From: a virus
Taxonomy: Duplodnaviria; Caudoviricetes
Strand: one strand, 5' to 3'
Virus record (IMG/VR): IMGVR_UViG_3300009703_000023
Coordinates: 1-54,963 of that record
DNA length: 54,963 bases
Below are positions 1 through 9,098 of the stretch, piece after piece. The translations under genes and the position numbers were made by a program. The notes beneath the pieces are model-generated. The model saw only the letters and a list, made by a program, of their open reading frames with translations. It had not been told where the DNA came from and ran no database searches. Each line of letters opens with the position of its first letter. The first letter of the stretch is position 1.

Positions 1-1293
1 ACCCCGCTTGATGTTAGTTATGTTTACACATTTGTAACTGAACTCGGTGAAGAAGGACCGCCTTCTGCAGCCAGCACTGTTATAGAGCTGACCGATCCTG
101 AGACTGTGACAGTTACCATGCCGACATCAGCACAACCGTCCGGTAACTATAACTTTGGCGCAGCTTCAAAGAAGCGCATCTATCGGTCAAATACTGGCAG
201 CAACACGACGCAGTTTCAGTTTGCCGGTGAGGTGGCCTACACAGCTACTACTTTCGACGACACAAAAACTGCTGCTCAGCTTGGAGAAGTAGTTCCCAGT
301 ACTTCTTGGATAGGACCGCCAGATGACGATACAGCGTTGTATCCAGATGGTCCGCTTAAAGGTCTGATACCGTTGGCACAAGGTGTCATGTGCGGATTCA
401 CAGGGAAACGGTTTTGTTTGTCAGAGCCTTTCCTCCCTCACGCATGGCCTATTAGTTATCGCATAACTACTGAAGAAGACATTGTCGCTATTGCAAGTAC
501 CGCTAATGGAGTAATAGCGCTTACAGATGGTCAGCCTTACTTCATAACAGGTGTAGATCCTTCTGCTATGGCATCGGTGCGAGTAGATCTCGCACAGGCT
601 TGTGTGAATACGCGCTCCGTAGTCGATATGGGGAACTATGTTTTATACGCCGGTCCAGATGGTTTATGTGCTGTCGAGAGCACGACCGGGCACGTTGTCA
701 CACGTGGTCTTATATCTGCTGACCAATGGAACTCGGATTTCTATCCGTCCACGATACGAGCGTTTCGACATGAAGGTACTTATGTAGCGTTCTGGACCTC
801 CGGTAGTGATCATGGTGGTTGGGTGTTTGACCCCAGAGCACAAGAAGACGCTATATCTACTTTAACTTCTTCCGCTGAAGTGAGAGGCGGCTACCGTAAT
901 CCTAAGAACGGCGAGCTGTACATAATTGTCGGAGACAAGATCAAAAAGTATAGGGGCGGTACAACCAGTCGCACTCTTACTTTTAAGAGCAAAAAGTTTG
1001 TTACCCCCATGCCCGTCTCTATGGGGTGGATTTCTGTAGATGCAAATACGTATCCCGCTACAGTTAAAGTGTATGCGGATGGTACGTTAGCCGCCCACTA
1101 CACTATTTCTAAATCGGGTAGCACTTATACCCAAGCAACAACAGTTCCAGGCAGCATATCTAATGGGACTCTGCGTGAGCCGATCATGCGTATGCCTGCT
1201 ACGGTAGCTCAAGAGTGGGAGATACAGGTAGAGGGGACAGACATTAATGAGTTCTGTCTTGCACAGTCTATGGATGAAATTCGCGCATCATGA
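1..1293 (+). CDS. Tail tubular/nozzle (head-stabilisation-type) protein, C-terminal part; open at the left edge
   Basis: Frame 1 is open from base 1 (TPLDVSYVYTFVTELGEEGPPS...). Beta-rich, with an SEPFLPHAWP motif typical of podovirus tail proteins. The N-terminus is probably the ORF at 54686. Confidence 0.7.
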   Translation, partial: TPLDVSYVYTFVTELGEEGPPSAASTVIELTDPETVTVTMPTSAQPSGNYNFGAASKKRIYRSNTGSNTTQFQFAGEVAYTATTFDDTKTAAQLGEVVPSTSWIGPPDDDTALYPDGPLKGLIPLAQGVMCGFTGKRFCLSEPFLPHAWPISYRITTEEDIVAIASTANGVIALTDGQPYFITGVDPSAMASVRVDLAQACVNTRSVVDMGNYVLYAGPDGLCAVESTTGHVVTRGLISADQWNSDFYPSTIRAFRHEGTYVAFWTSGSDHGGWVFDPRAQEDAISTLTSSAEVRGGYRNPKNGELYIIVGDKIKKYRGGTTSRTLTFKSKKFVTPMPVSMGWISVDANTYPATVKVYADGTLAAHYTISKSGSTYTQATTVPGSISNGTLREPIMRMPATVAQEWEIQVEGTDINEFCLAQSMDEIRAS

Positions 1294-4193
1294 GCACAAA
1301 AATACCCGGTATTCCCCTTATAACGGGTAATCTTTCGGCTGAGCTTAAGCAGCATTTAGAGGCTCTGACTGAAGCAGTAGAAATACGACTAGGGCGAAGG
1401 GGCGATCCGCTTGATCGAGCGATTACACTACGTGAATTAGTCGATAGTGGTCTGGCAAAGGAACTCGATAGCGCTCCTTTTGACCCAAACAACATATCCG
1501 CTGACAGTTTAGGGTTTGGAAGTGAAACCGCATCAGGAGATGTAGGTACTCCTACAGCTCCTACTGGCGTGTCAGTAGCAGGCGCGTATGCCCAAGTCAT
1601 TATGGATTGGGCATACCCCGTATATACCGGGCACTCGCAGACAGAGATATGGTCACATACAAGTGACTCTATAGGTGATGCTACGTTAGCAGGCATATCT
1701 ACAGGGCGTACCCACATAGATCCTATAGGTGGAGGCGAGACTAGGTACTATTGGTTTCGCCACATAAACACAAACAATGTTCCTGGGCCTTATAATTCTA
1801 GCTCTGGCACGATAGGCGTAACCGCAACTAATCCAGCAGAGATCCTTGCTCAGTTGACGGGGTCTATTTCCGCAAGCCAACTAACAAGCAGCCTTGCAGA
1901 TACTATCGATGGAGCTGGCTCCACAGTAGACATCTCTAACTTAGAATCTTTTGTGGGGTTCATTTCAGGGTACAGCGGTAGTTCATTGTTATCCCGTGTG
2001 TCTGGGGTAGAAACGTCGAATGCCAGCCTGCTAACTACTTTTGGATCTACATCCAGCGCAGCTACTTCCGCTGCTGCTGCACAAGTATCCGCAGCAGAAG
2101 CCGTGGCAGCAAAAGCTGATGCGATATTAGCTCAAGGTAGTTCAGAGGCTGCAGAGGACGCTTCTGTAGCAGCAAAAGTAGCTGCCTTAGCAGCACAAAC
2201 TGCTGCTGAATCGGCGAAATCAGGAGCCGAGACCGCTGAATCTAGTGCCGAAGCTCTTAAGACTTCAGCCGAAACCGCAAAAGCTGGAGCCGAGACTGCT
2301 CAAAACGCATCGTCTGCTTCTGCTACTTCTGCAACAGGCTCTGCGTCTAACGCAGCTCAAAGTGCGACGACAGCTGCTAATTCTGCAAATGCCGCTGGCG
2401 AGTCTGCTACGGCTGCTTCTACCTCTGAATCTACTGCTGCGTCTTCTGCTAATAGTGCAGGTACGTTTGCTGGCGCTTCTGAAACAGCAAAGACGGCGGC
2501 TGAATCTGCAAAAGCTGGAGCTGAAACTGCAGAGACAAATGCTGCTGCTTCTGCGACTACTGCAGCAGGTAGTGCTTCCTCTGCTGAGTCTTTTAAACAG
2601 ACCGCTGCAGACGCTGCAAATGACGCTGGCGATTCTGCTACGGCTGCTGCCACTTCTTCTGAATCAGCATCCGCGTTTGCGACTGATGCAGAAACCGCTA
2701 GTACATCTGCAGCGTCTTCGGGCGTGTCTGCTTCGTCAGCATCACTACTGGCCCTAGGGTATAAGAATGATGCTGAGACAGCTAAAGGCGCAGCTGAAAC
2801 TGCAAAAGGACAAGCCGATGCAGCTGCAAACGCAGCGTCCACTAGCGCACAAACTGCGACTACCAACTCTACTGCGGCGCTTGAGTCTGCTAATGCCGCG
2901 AATGAATCTAAGACGGCAGCTGAAACTGCAAAAGCTGACGCCCTAGTATATAAAAACGAAGCGGCGTCATCGGAATCCAGTGCTGATGCGTCTATGGGAG
3001 CGGCTGGTATCTCTGCAGGATTGGCGTCGTCATCTGAAAATGCTGCTGGACAATCGGCTACGGCTGCTTCTAATTCTGCTATCGCAGCAGCTTCCTATGC
3101 GAGCGACGCTCTAACGCAAGCTGAGTTTGCTGAGGCTCATAAAAATTCGGCTGAGACTGCGAAATCTACTGCAGAGGAGTACAAAGAAACTGCGCTAACT
3201 GCATCTACTAATGCTGAAGGCCATGCGACTTCTGCCGCTAACACTGTCAACGGTCTAACTGCCAGACTCGACAATGCAGGTGGGACTGGCGTTACTGTGG
3301 AGCAAGAGTTTTCTGCAGTTGCTGACTCGATTACTGGGTTGGAAGGACAGTACTCTGTAAAGATCGATAACAACGGCCATGTGTCTGGTTTTGGTTTTAA
3401 TAGCGTTGAGGTAGACGGCGTTCCAGAATCTGCGTTTGTTATACGCGCCGACAAATTTGCTCTGGTAGATCCGGCAGAACAAGGACTAGAGGACGAATTT
3501 AACCCGCCCGAAGATCTAATCCCTTTCGGTGTTACCAATGGGCAAGTCTACATAAAAGAGGGGTATATAGAAGACGGCACGATTACGACCGCTAAGATTG
3601 GGTTTGCGGCCATCGATGATTCTAAAATAGGCACGCTGAGCGCTAACACCATAACAACAGGTACGCTTAGTGCTTCTCGCTTAGATCTTGATAACGCTTC
3701 TATTACTGCAACTGGGAACACCATCAAGATCAAAGACCTTGGTGTTCAGACAGGGCATATCTCAAATCTAGCCGTAGATACAATCAAGATTGCAGGGCAA
3801 GCGGTAACTATACCGTCTTCGACTTATCAGTCTGGGTCACAGAGTTTTTCGTCAACGTACTCCTACGTTACGCTAGGCACGATAACGTTTACTTCTTCTG
3901 GGAACCCGGTGTTTATAAACGCCAGCGCTTATTTCCGTAACTTTGCTAGCAATCAGGGGGCTTCTTATTATTTTGCGTTATACAGAGGCAGCTCAAAGCT
4001 CGTAGAGCATAACCTGCAGATAGGAGCTGTTGATATATCAACTAACTCAGGGACTAACGGTTCTATCTCTTATCTGGATACCTCTACCTCAACAGGGTCG
4101 CGGACCTACACCATCAAAGCTAAAAAGCAGTCAGGGAATGGGACCATTTACGCTCAGTCCAGAAGCATAACCGCACTGGAAGTTAAGAAATGA
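1290..4193 (+). CDS. Tail fibre/spike with Ala/Ser/Thr-rich heptad stalk and DUF1983-like (host-specificity J C-terminal-like) domain
   Basis: 967 aa; long A/S/E/T repeat region; YSVKIDNNGHVSGFG...FVIRADKF segment followed by GTITTAKI-type repeats; ATGA overlap with the upstream gene. Confidence 0.75.
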   Translation: MSTKIPGIPLITGNLSAELKQHLEALTEAVEIRLGRRGDPLDRAITLRELVDSGLAKELDSAPFDPNNISADSLGFGSETASGDVGTPTAPTGVSVAGAYAQVIMDWAYPVYTGHSQTEIWSHTSDSIGDATLAGISTGRTHIDPIGGGETRYYWFRHINTNNVPGPYNSSSGTIGVTATNPAEILAQLTGSISASQLTSSLADTIDGAGSTVDISNLESFVGFISGYSGSSLLSRVSGVETSNASLLTTFGSTSSAATSAAAAQVSAAEAVAAKADAILAQGSSEAAEDASVAAKVAALAAQTAAESAKSGAETAESSAEALKTSAETAKAGAETAQNASSASATSATGSASNAAQSATTAANSANAAGESATAASTSESTAASSANSAGTFAGASETAKTAAESAKAGAETAETNAAASATTAAGSASSAESFKQTAADAANDAGDSATAAATSSESASAFATDAETASTSAASSGVSASSASLLALGYKNDAETAKGAAETAKGQADAAANAASTSAQTATTNSTAALESANAANESKTAAETAKADALVYKNEAASSESSADASMGAAGISAGLASSSENAAGQSATAASNSAIAAASYASDALTQAEFAEAHKNSAETAKSTAEEYKETALTASTNAEGHATSAANTVNGLTARLDNAGGTGVTVEQEFSAVADSITGLEGQYSVKIDNNGHVSGFGFNSVEVDGVPESAFVIRADKFALVDPAEQGLEDEFNPPEDLIPFGVTNGQVYIKEGYIEDGTITTAKIGFAAIDDSKIGTLSANTITTGTLSASRLDLDNASITATGNTIKIKDLGVQTGHISNLAVDTIKIAGQAVTIPSSTYQSGSQSFSSTYSYVTLGTITFTSSGNPVFINASAYFRNFASNQGASYYFALYRGSSKLVEHNLQIGAVDISTNSGTNGSISYLDTSTSTGSRTYTIKAKKQSGNGTIYAQSRSITALEVKK

Positions 4194-4600
4194 CGGACAA
4201 AGTAGGCACTTGTTTTATACGTTATGAAACTGATACAGGTCGTATAACTGCTGTCGGGTATTGCTCTACAACTGATGTCCAACTTCAGGCTCAAGAAGGT
4301 GAAACTGCTTTAGCTACTGGGGAGATGGTCGACGCTGATGTAACCTATGTCTTAAACGGCAAACTTACTGACCGTACTGCAGTGACAGCTACCTGGGATT
4401 CCGAGTCTGTAGTTGCAAATGGAGTAGCCGAAATAGTTCTTTCGCCCTTACCGGTAACATGTACTGTATACATTGACGACACGTCCGTTGCTGTAAACGA
4501 TGGATCGCTGGAGTTTTCTGCCGAAGCAGCAGGACAGTATCTGGTCTACATTGATGAGCCATCCTTTGAGAGAAAGGAGTGGGTGGTAAATGCAGTTTAA
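4190..4600 (+). CDS. Hypothetical virion/tail accessory protein
   Basis: 136 aa, ATGA-coupled to the fibre gene, beta-rich. Confidence 0.6.
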   Translation: MTDKVGTCFIRYETDTGRITAVGYCSTTDVQLQAQEGETALATGEMVDADVTYVLNGKLTDRTAVTATWDSESVVANGVAEIVLSPLPVTCTVYIDDTSVAVNDGSLEFSAEAAGQYLVYIDEPSFERKEWVVNAV

Positions 4601-4784
4601 AGCTAACAAACCGGAAGGAATCAAAGAGGCCATTAAGGCCAGACGTGATGACGTTTTGATGAAGTCCCAAGCTGACATAGAGCTGTGGATAGATAGAAAT
4701 GTCTCTGACATGGACGACGTTAGGTCTTACCTAAAGCGTTTGTCTCGGGCTGTTAAAGCCAATATGAATTTTGAAGACTCGTAG
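4590..4784 (+). CDS. Hypothetical protein
   Basis: 64 aa, overlaps the upstream stop, same operon. Confidence 0.55.
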   Translation: MQFKANKPEGIKEAIKARRDDVLMKSQADIELWIDRNVSDMDDVRSYLKRLSRAVKANMNFEDS

Positions 4785-4793
4785 GAGATCGAT

Positions 4794-4880
4794 ATGCACA
4801 AAGGCATGCCTTGTATAAACCGTAAGCCCGGCACGATGGCCCCAAAGGAGACAAAAAAACCTAAGAAGAAAAAGAGCTGA
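4794..4880 (+). CDS. Small Lys-rich peptide (28 aa), not in the ORF track
   Basis: AGGAG at 4783-4787, ATG 4794, MHKGMPCINRKPGTMAPKETKKPKKKKS, stop overlaps the next ATG (TGATG). Confidence 0.55.
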   Translation: MHKGMPCINRKPGTMAPKETKKPKKKKS

Positions 4881-5176
4881 TGGCGCACGAAACACGTAAA
4901 GCGAATCTTCTAAAGAAGCACGGCCTCGCTGGTGTTAATAAACCCAAGCGCACTCCGAAGCATCCTAAAAAGTCTCATGTAGTGCTGGCGCAAGACGGGC
5001 ATCAGATGAAGCTTATTCGCTTCGGTGAGCAAGGTGCCAGTACGGCAGGTGCGCCTAAAAAAGGTGAGTCAGACAGGATGAAAAAGAAGCGTGCCAGCTT
5101 CAAAGCCCGGCACGCTGCCAACATAAAGAAAGGCCGCATGAGCGCAGCGTATTGGGCTGATAAGGTTAAGTGGTAA
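4880..5176 (+). CDS. Highly basic conserved phage protein, putative nucleic-acid binding
   Basis: 98 aa K/R/H-rich; LIRFGEQG...FKARH...SAAYWADKVKW pattern that I recognise from environmental phages. Confidence 0.65.
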   Translation: MAHETRKANLLKKHGLAGVNKPKRTPKHPKKSHVVLAQDGHQMKLIRFGEQGASTAGAPKKGESDRMKKKRASFKARHAANIKKGRMSAAYWADKVKW

Positions 5177-5179
5177 CTC

Positions 5180-5332
5180 CTACTTCCATGCTCTAGATAA
5201 CCACGGCTGTGTTTCTGCGGCTTTATGCATTTCCACGTCGCTGACGCGATGCCGTTTTCGACAAGTCGCGCACATTTCAGTGGTCATCTTTACTAACTTT
5301 TGTCCGCAGTTAGGACACGGTCTAAGTTTCAT
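5180..5332 (-). CDS. Small Zn-ribbon protein
   Basis: MKLRPCPNCG...CATC; GAGG upstream of ATG 5332; last gene of the minus arm. Confidence 0.55.
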   Translation of the reverse strand: MKLRPCPNCGQKLVKMTTEMCATCRKRHRVSDVEMHKAAETQPWLSRAWK

Positions 5333-5342
5333 CAGCCCTCCT

Positions 5343-5663
5343 CTATATGTGATTGACCCAAGCAAACCGCTTTCTATTTGCTAAGTAGCCTTCGTCTTCT
5401 TCATGGGTGTAGGCTTCTTTTTCAAATGGGATAGACAAGTAAGCGTTCTTTTCTCTTTTTGCTAAGCCTTTTATCCAGAACAGCACGTACAGAACATAGA
5501 ACGGGATTACCCATAGTTCTTGTTGCTGAGCTAAGTGTATTCTTTCGTGCGTCACCATGCCCGTATCGTCTTTAAGTTCTGGGACAATAAACGCGAAAGG
5601 CCATAGGGCTATTCCGCTTTTTCCGGCGCTAAGGATTTTGGTAAATCGTGTGTAGATGACCAT
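5343..5663 (-). CDS. Membrane-associated HExxH zinc metallopeptidase-like protein
   Basis: HERIH motif, hydrophobic helix, downstream PFEKEAY providing a possible third-ligand Glu. Confidence 0.65.
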   Translation of the reverse strand: MVIYTRFTKILSAGKSGIALWPFAFIVPELKDDTGMVTHERIHLAQQQELWVIPFYVLYVLFWIKGLAKREKNAYLSIPFEKEAYTHEEDEGYLANRKRFAWVNHI

Positions 5664-6025
5664 CGGTCTGTTATCTTCCTCAGTTGTCTATAGACGTTGA
5701 GTAGGTCTCCGTCTTCTGAGGGTATTTTGAACCTACTTTGTAGGTTGCGTACAGCTGTATGGAGCTGCTCTGTATTTACGCATTTCCCATTTAGCAGCGT
5801 TCTTATAGAAGGGTCTATGTGCTCTGGTGGCACGCCGAAGAAATTAGCTAGCTTCAGCACTGCCAAGGGATTCAATTCGGTTATGTTGTTTAGGTACTGC
5901 GAAAACGCGCCTTGCGTCCACCCTAGCTTTTTTGCGGCCTGCAGCTGAGTAGTGCCGTCTTGCTTTTTTTCTTCCCAAAGGCGACGTAGATTTTCTGTCG
6001 GCTTACTGGTTTTCTCGTTCGTCAT
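5609..6025 (-). CDS. XRE/CI-like helix-turn-helix regulator without S24 peptidase domain
   Basis: TQLQAAKKLGWTQGAFSQYLN...LKLANFFGV lambda-repressor-like HTH. Confidence 0.85.
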   Translation of the reverse strand: MTNEKTSKPTENLRRLWEEKKQDGTTQLQAAKKLGWTQGAFSQYLNNITELNPLAVLKLANFFGVPPEHIDPSIRTLLNGKCVNTEQLHTAVRNLQSRFKIPSEDGDLLNVYRQLRKITDRWSSTHDLPKSLAPEKAE

Positions 6026-6429
6026 ATCGAGTCCTTCGACTGACAGATATTTTGTATGTAGGCCGCTACGTCTTTCCTTGAGACAGCCCGTTCTATGTAT
6101 TCAGCTTTTGTTAACGGGGCTTCCCAACATTTGTTCGTAAGTATGACATTGGTGTCATCGATTCCGCCTACGACAACAGCTACTTTTTTACCGAAATCGT
6201 CCATCTTGTTCAGCCAAAGCACCTGTTGAGCAGAGAGTGTTGTTCGTATTTTGGTGGTGTCTCTCTTAGGTAGCTTGGGTACGTACTTATATTCTACAAA
6301 AAGTATGTCGGAGGGACCGGCATACATAGCATCCGGCACCCCTCCAACAAAGCTGTCATGGATTTTCCACTTGAACAGTTCAGGTGGAAGTAAACGATGC
6401 ACAGCTTTTATGTAGCTGTGCTCGTTCAT
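6022..6429 (-). CDS. VRR-NUC-like PD-(D/E)XK nuclease / resolvase
   Basis: GVPD...FVEYK...LSAQQVLWL motif. Confidence 0.8.
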   Translation of the reverse strand: MNEHSYIKAVHRLLPPELFKWKIHDSFVGGVPDAMYAGPSDILFVEYKYVPKLPKRDTTKIRTTLSAQQVLWLNKMDDFGKKVAVVVGGIDDTNVILTNKCWEAPLTKAEYIERAVSRKDVAAYIQNICQSKDSI

Positions 6430-6441
6430 CCAATCCAGATT

Positions 6442-7116
6442 CTACAATGGCGAGTTGGCGTACTGATCGTATACCGCCTCTGCCTTAGCGTAGTCTTCGT
6501 CTTGCGCCCAGCCAACAAAGCTGACATCGAGATTCAGCCAAGTGTTGCCGTTACGTTCGACAGTTACAGACTTCATCATCCACAAGCCTGAAAAACGGTC
6601 GCCGCCTTTCATGCCTATCTGGCTATTCCATGTTTTGGAAACGCGCAGTTTTGTGTTTGAGAAATCCATGAGCGCAGGGGTTTCCTCAAGCGCACCGGTT
6701 TCTGGATCTTTAATGATCAGAAGGTGTGAGTGAGTATCTACTGCATTGTAGTCACCGGGGTTATCTTGCTCTCCGATGGCTTGAGCAGCGTCCTGTGCTG
6801 TTGGAAAAGAACCGAGCAGACCACCACCTTTCTGACGATCTCGCCATACGACGTATTCGTTCTTGAAAAGGATCGGCAAAACATACAGCTCGTCGCCGTA
6901 GTTGTTCTGCGTCAGGGTATTAATGAAATGCCCTGGGTCGGCTCCTTCAATGTAGGTAGAAGGCTTGTTCTTATCGACTTCATCCGACATTTTTTGGAGG
7001 AGTTTGATGCGGGGGATTTGAACGTTGCTCCCCACATGCTCGTTACCACGACCGATTCCATCTTTAAGACGGGCGGGTGGCTTGTTCTCAGGTAGTGCTA
7101 GCGCTGTGGTGCTCAT
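6442..7116 (-). CDS. Putative ssDNA-binding protein
   Basis: IPRIKLLQKMS N-terminal motif typical of phage SSB-like proteins; replication-module context. Confidence 0.55.
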   Translation of the reverse strand: MSTTALALPENKPPARLKDGIGRGNEHVGSNVQIPRIKLLQKMSDEVDKNKPSTYIEGADPGHFINTLTQNNYGDELYVLPILFKNEYVVWRDRQKGGGLLGSFPTAQDAAQAIGEQDNPGDYNAVDTHSHLLIIKDPETGALEETPALMDFSNTKLRVSKTWNSQIGMKGGDRFSGLWMMKSVTVERNGNTWLNLDVSFVGWAQDEDYAKAEAVYDQYANSPL

Positions 7117-7140
7117 AGATTGTTAAGTGTTCCTCGTTAA

Positions 7141-7515
7141 TTAAAGGGATCTAAAGTTGATGCGACGGACGGTTCTAGGCTTAACGCCGGGAATTGTTTC
7201 GCCAAGCTTCCACATTTCTCGACAAGCTGTTGAACTCATCCTTTTCTGGAGAATGCTGAAGTCACCGGTCTCCATGATGTGGGAATAGACTGCATCCCAA
7301 TCTTCGGATTCTGGAACTTCAGTTTCTGCAATGGACACAGAGGCAAGCTTGTTCGCGGTGCGAGCCACTCCGTCTGCATCCAGTCTCTTGATCAGCTCGA
7401 AGTCCAAGTCTTCTTGGATTTCCCGCAGATCTTTGAGTTCGGCATTACGCACATCCATCTCTTTTTTGATTTCAGCGCGTTTTTCAATTAACTCATTTAG
7501 TGTCGGTAGCGACAT
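7141..7515 (-). CDS. Conserved coiled-coil phage protein of replication modules
   Basis: 124 aa; coiled N-terminus, DWDAVY...LQKR...IPGV C-terminus. Confidence 0.65.
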   Translation of the reverse strand: MSLPTLNELIEKRAEIKKEMDVRNAELKDLREIQEDLDFELIKRLDADGVARTANKLASVSIAETEVPESEDWDAVYSHIMETGDFSILQKRMSSTACREMWKLGETIPGVKPRTVRRINFRSL

Positions 7516-7719
7516 ACTTATTCCGTTAGTGAATTTAGTGAGTAGGTGGATGAATCAATTGGCAGCAAAAATTCCCTCTGGCTACAACGTAGCTACCACT
7601 ACGTAGCTACCCAGAAGGGGAGGAGACTGCACTTCATCAATTCTATTTCTACAAGGGTTCATAGTTACCTACAAACCCAGCCTGACCTTCCACCAGTGCC
7701 TGGCCAAGTATTCTCCTCC

Positions 7720-9060
7720 TTAGTTGTTCGGTTGATTCAGCTTGCTAAATATCATTAAGAGTTCTTCCATTCTCCCCAGCTTTCCATTCAGCCGCTCATA
7801 TACTGCTGGTTCCCAAGTATCGCTAGCTGCTATCTGGATTATTTCAGTCTTACTGGTTTGGCCTGCGCGATAGATACGTCTATTGAACTGCGTATAGTGC
7901 TCAGCGTTATACGTTGGTGACGACCAAATTATGGTTGTTGCTTTTGTAAGCGTAAGCCCATGACTGGCAGATTGCGGATGACAAAAGACAACCTTCAGCT
8001 GTCCAGCTTGCATACGTTCTACGACGTCTGCTCGTTTATGCGAGGGGGTAGTGCCATCGATGACGGCATACTTCATCTTCTTTTTCTCAGCTATGGCGAT
8101 CATATGGTCACGTTCGTGTCGCCAATTGAAAGCCACAAGAGAATGTTTCCGCTCATCGACTAGCTGCATGACGAGATCGTAGCGATCTGAGTGGATACCT
8201 TGCGCTTCACCGATGTCGTTATATACGGCTCCTGTGCAGATCTGTAAGAGTTTCTTGACCTTTGCCCCTGCGTGTATCGCGTTAATGGTGCCGGTTCCGG
8301 TGTAAAGAACGCTGTCTTCGGCAAGCATCTCGTACTGATCTTGTATCTTCTTAGGAAGAGCCACTTGTATCTGCCGGATAGTTTGCTCTGGCATGTCGAT
8401 ACACTCTTCTAGGGTGTATCGAATGTTTATGTCATGGAGCGCAGCTGCAACTGTCTCTTGAGCGTTCTTCTTATCCACCCATACATTGGCGAAGCCATTG
8501 AACTTAGGTGTACATACAGCTGACCGAAACGAATAGAACCTGTGACCTAGCCGTTCGCCATCGTCAATAATTAATGTCGGATGCCAAACGTCTAGTATTG
8601 TGTTTGAGTTTGGGGTTCCTGACATAGCAACGCGCTTTTCAAAACGCTGCGATATTTTCAGTGCTGCTTTAGAACGTTGGCTGTCTTTGTTTTTGTAGGC
8701 AGTGAACTCGTCGATGACTAATGTATCAAACTGGTCCAGCACTTCTTGGTTTTTGACTAACCACTTCACAGCGTCGTGGTTCGTTATGATCAGGTCAGCA
8801 GTACTTTCTTTGAATACCTTTGCTCTGTTCTTCGCGTAAGCAATTTCGTAGGTCAGGTGAGGACAGAACTTTTTGATGTCCACTCCCCAGCTAGCTTCAA
8901 GAATAGACAGGGGTGCAAGGACTAGGGTGCGAGAGTTTTCTTTTAGTGCATCCAGCACAGAACGAGTTTTACCCGTACCTGGGTCACTCGTTATAAGACA
9001 GCGTTCGTTCTTTCTTATGAACTCTGTCGTAGCTTCCTGATGCTGAAAAGCTGTCTGCAT
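7720..9060 (-). CDS. SNF2-family SF2 DNA helicase
   Basis: PGTGKT Walker A, IDE Walker B, SGTP motif III, HGLTL and RIYRAGQ motifs V/VI; GGAGGAG before ATG 9060. Confidence 0.9.
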   Translation of the reverse strand: MQTAFQHQEATTEFIRKNERCLITSDPGTGKTRSVLDALKENSRTLVLAPLSILEASWGVDIKKFCPHLTYEIAYAKNRAKVFKESTADLIITNHDAVKWLVKNQEVLDQFDTLVIDEFTAYKNKDSQRSKAALKISQRFEKRVAMSGTPNSNTILDVWHPTLIIDDGERLGHRFYSFRSAVCTPKFNGFANVWVDKKNAQETVAAALHDINIRYTLEECIDMPEQTIRQIQVALPKKIQDQYEMLAEDSVLYTGTGTINAIHAGAKVKKLLQICTGAVYNDIGEAQGIHSDRYDLVMQLVDERKHSLVAFNWRHERDHMIAIAEKKKMKYAVIDGTTPSHKRADVVERMQAGQLKVVFCHPQSASHGLTLTKATTIIWSSPTYNAEHYTQFNRRIYRAGQTSKTEIIQIAASDTWEPAVYERLNGKLGRMEELLMIFSKLNQPNN

Positions 9061-9082
9061 AGCTCCTCCTGTGAGACACAAT

Positions 9083-9097
9083 ATTAGCCCAGCTAAT
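9083..9097. promoter_or_regulatory. Palindromic operator copy 1 (ATTAGC-CCA-GCTAAT)
   Basis: Intergenic, upstream of the helicase; one of seven copies. Confidence 0.75.
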
Positions 9098-9098
9098 A

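Noticed and set aside
2245-2866. Alternative-frame and antisense ORFs over the Ala-rich stalk
   Set aside because: By-products of repetitive GCN/TCN codons lacking stops; no RBS support.
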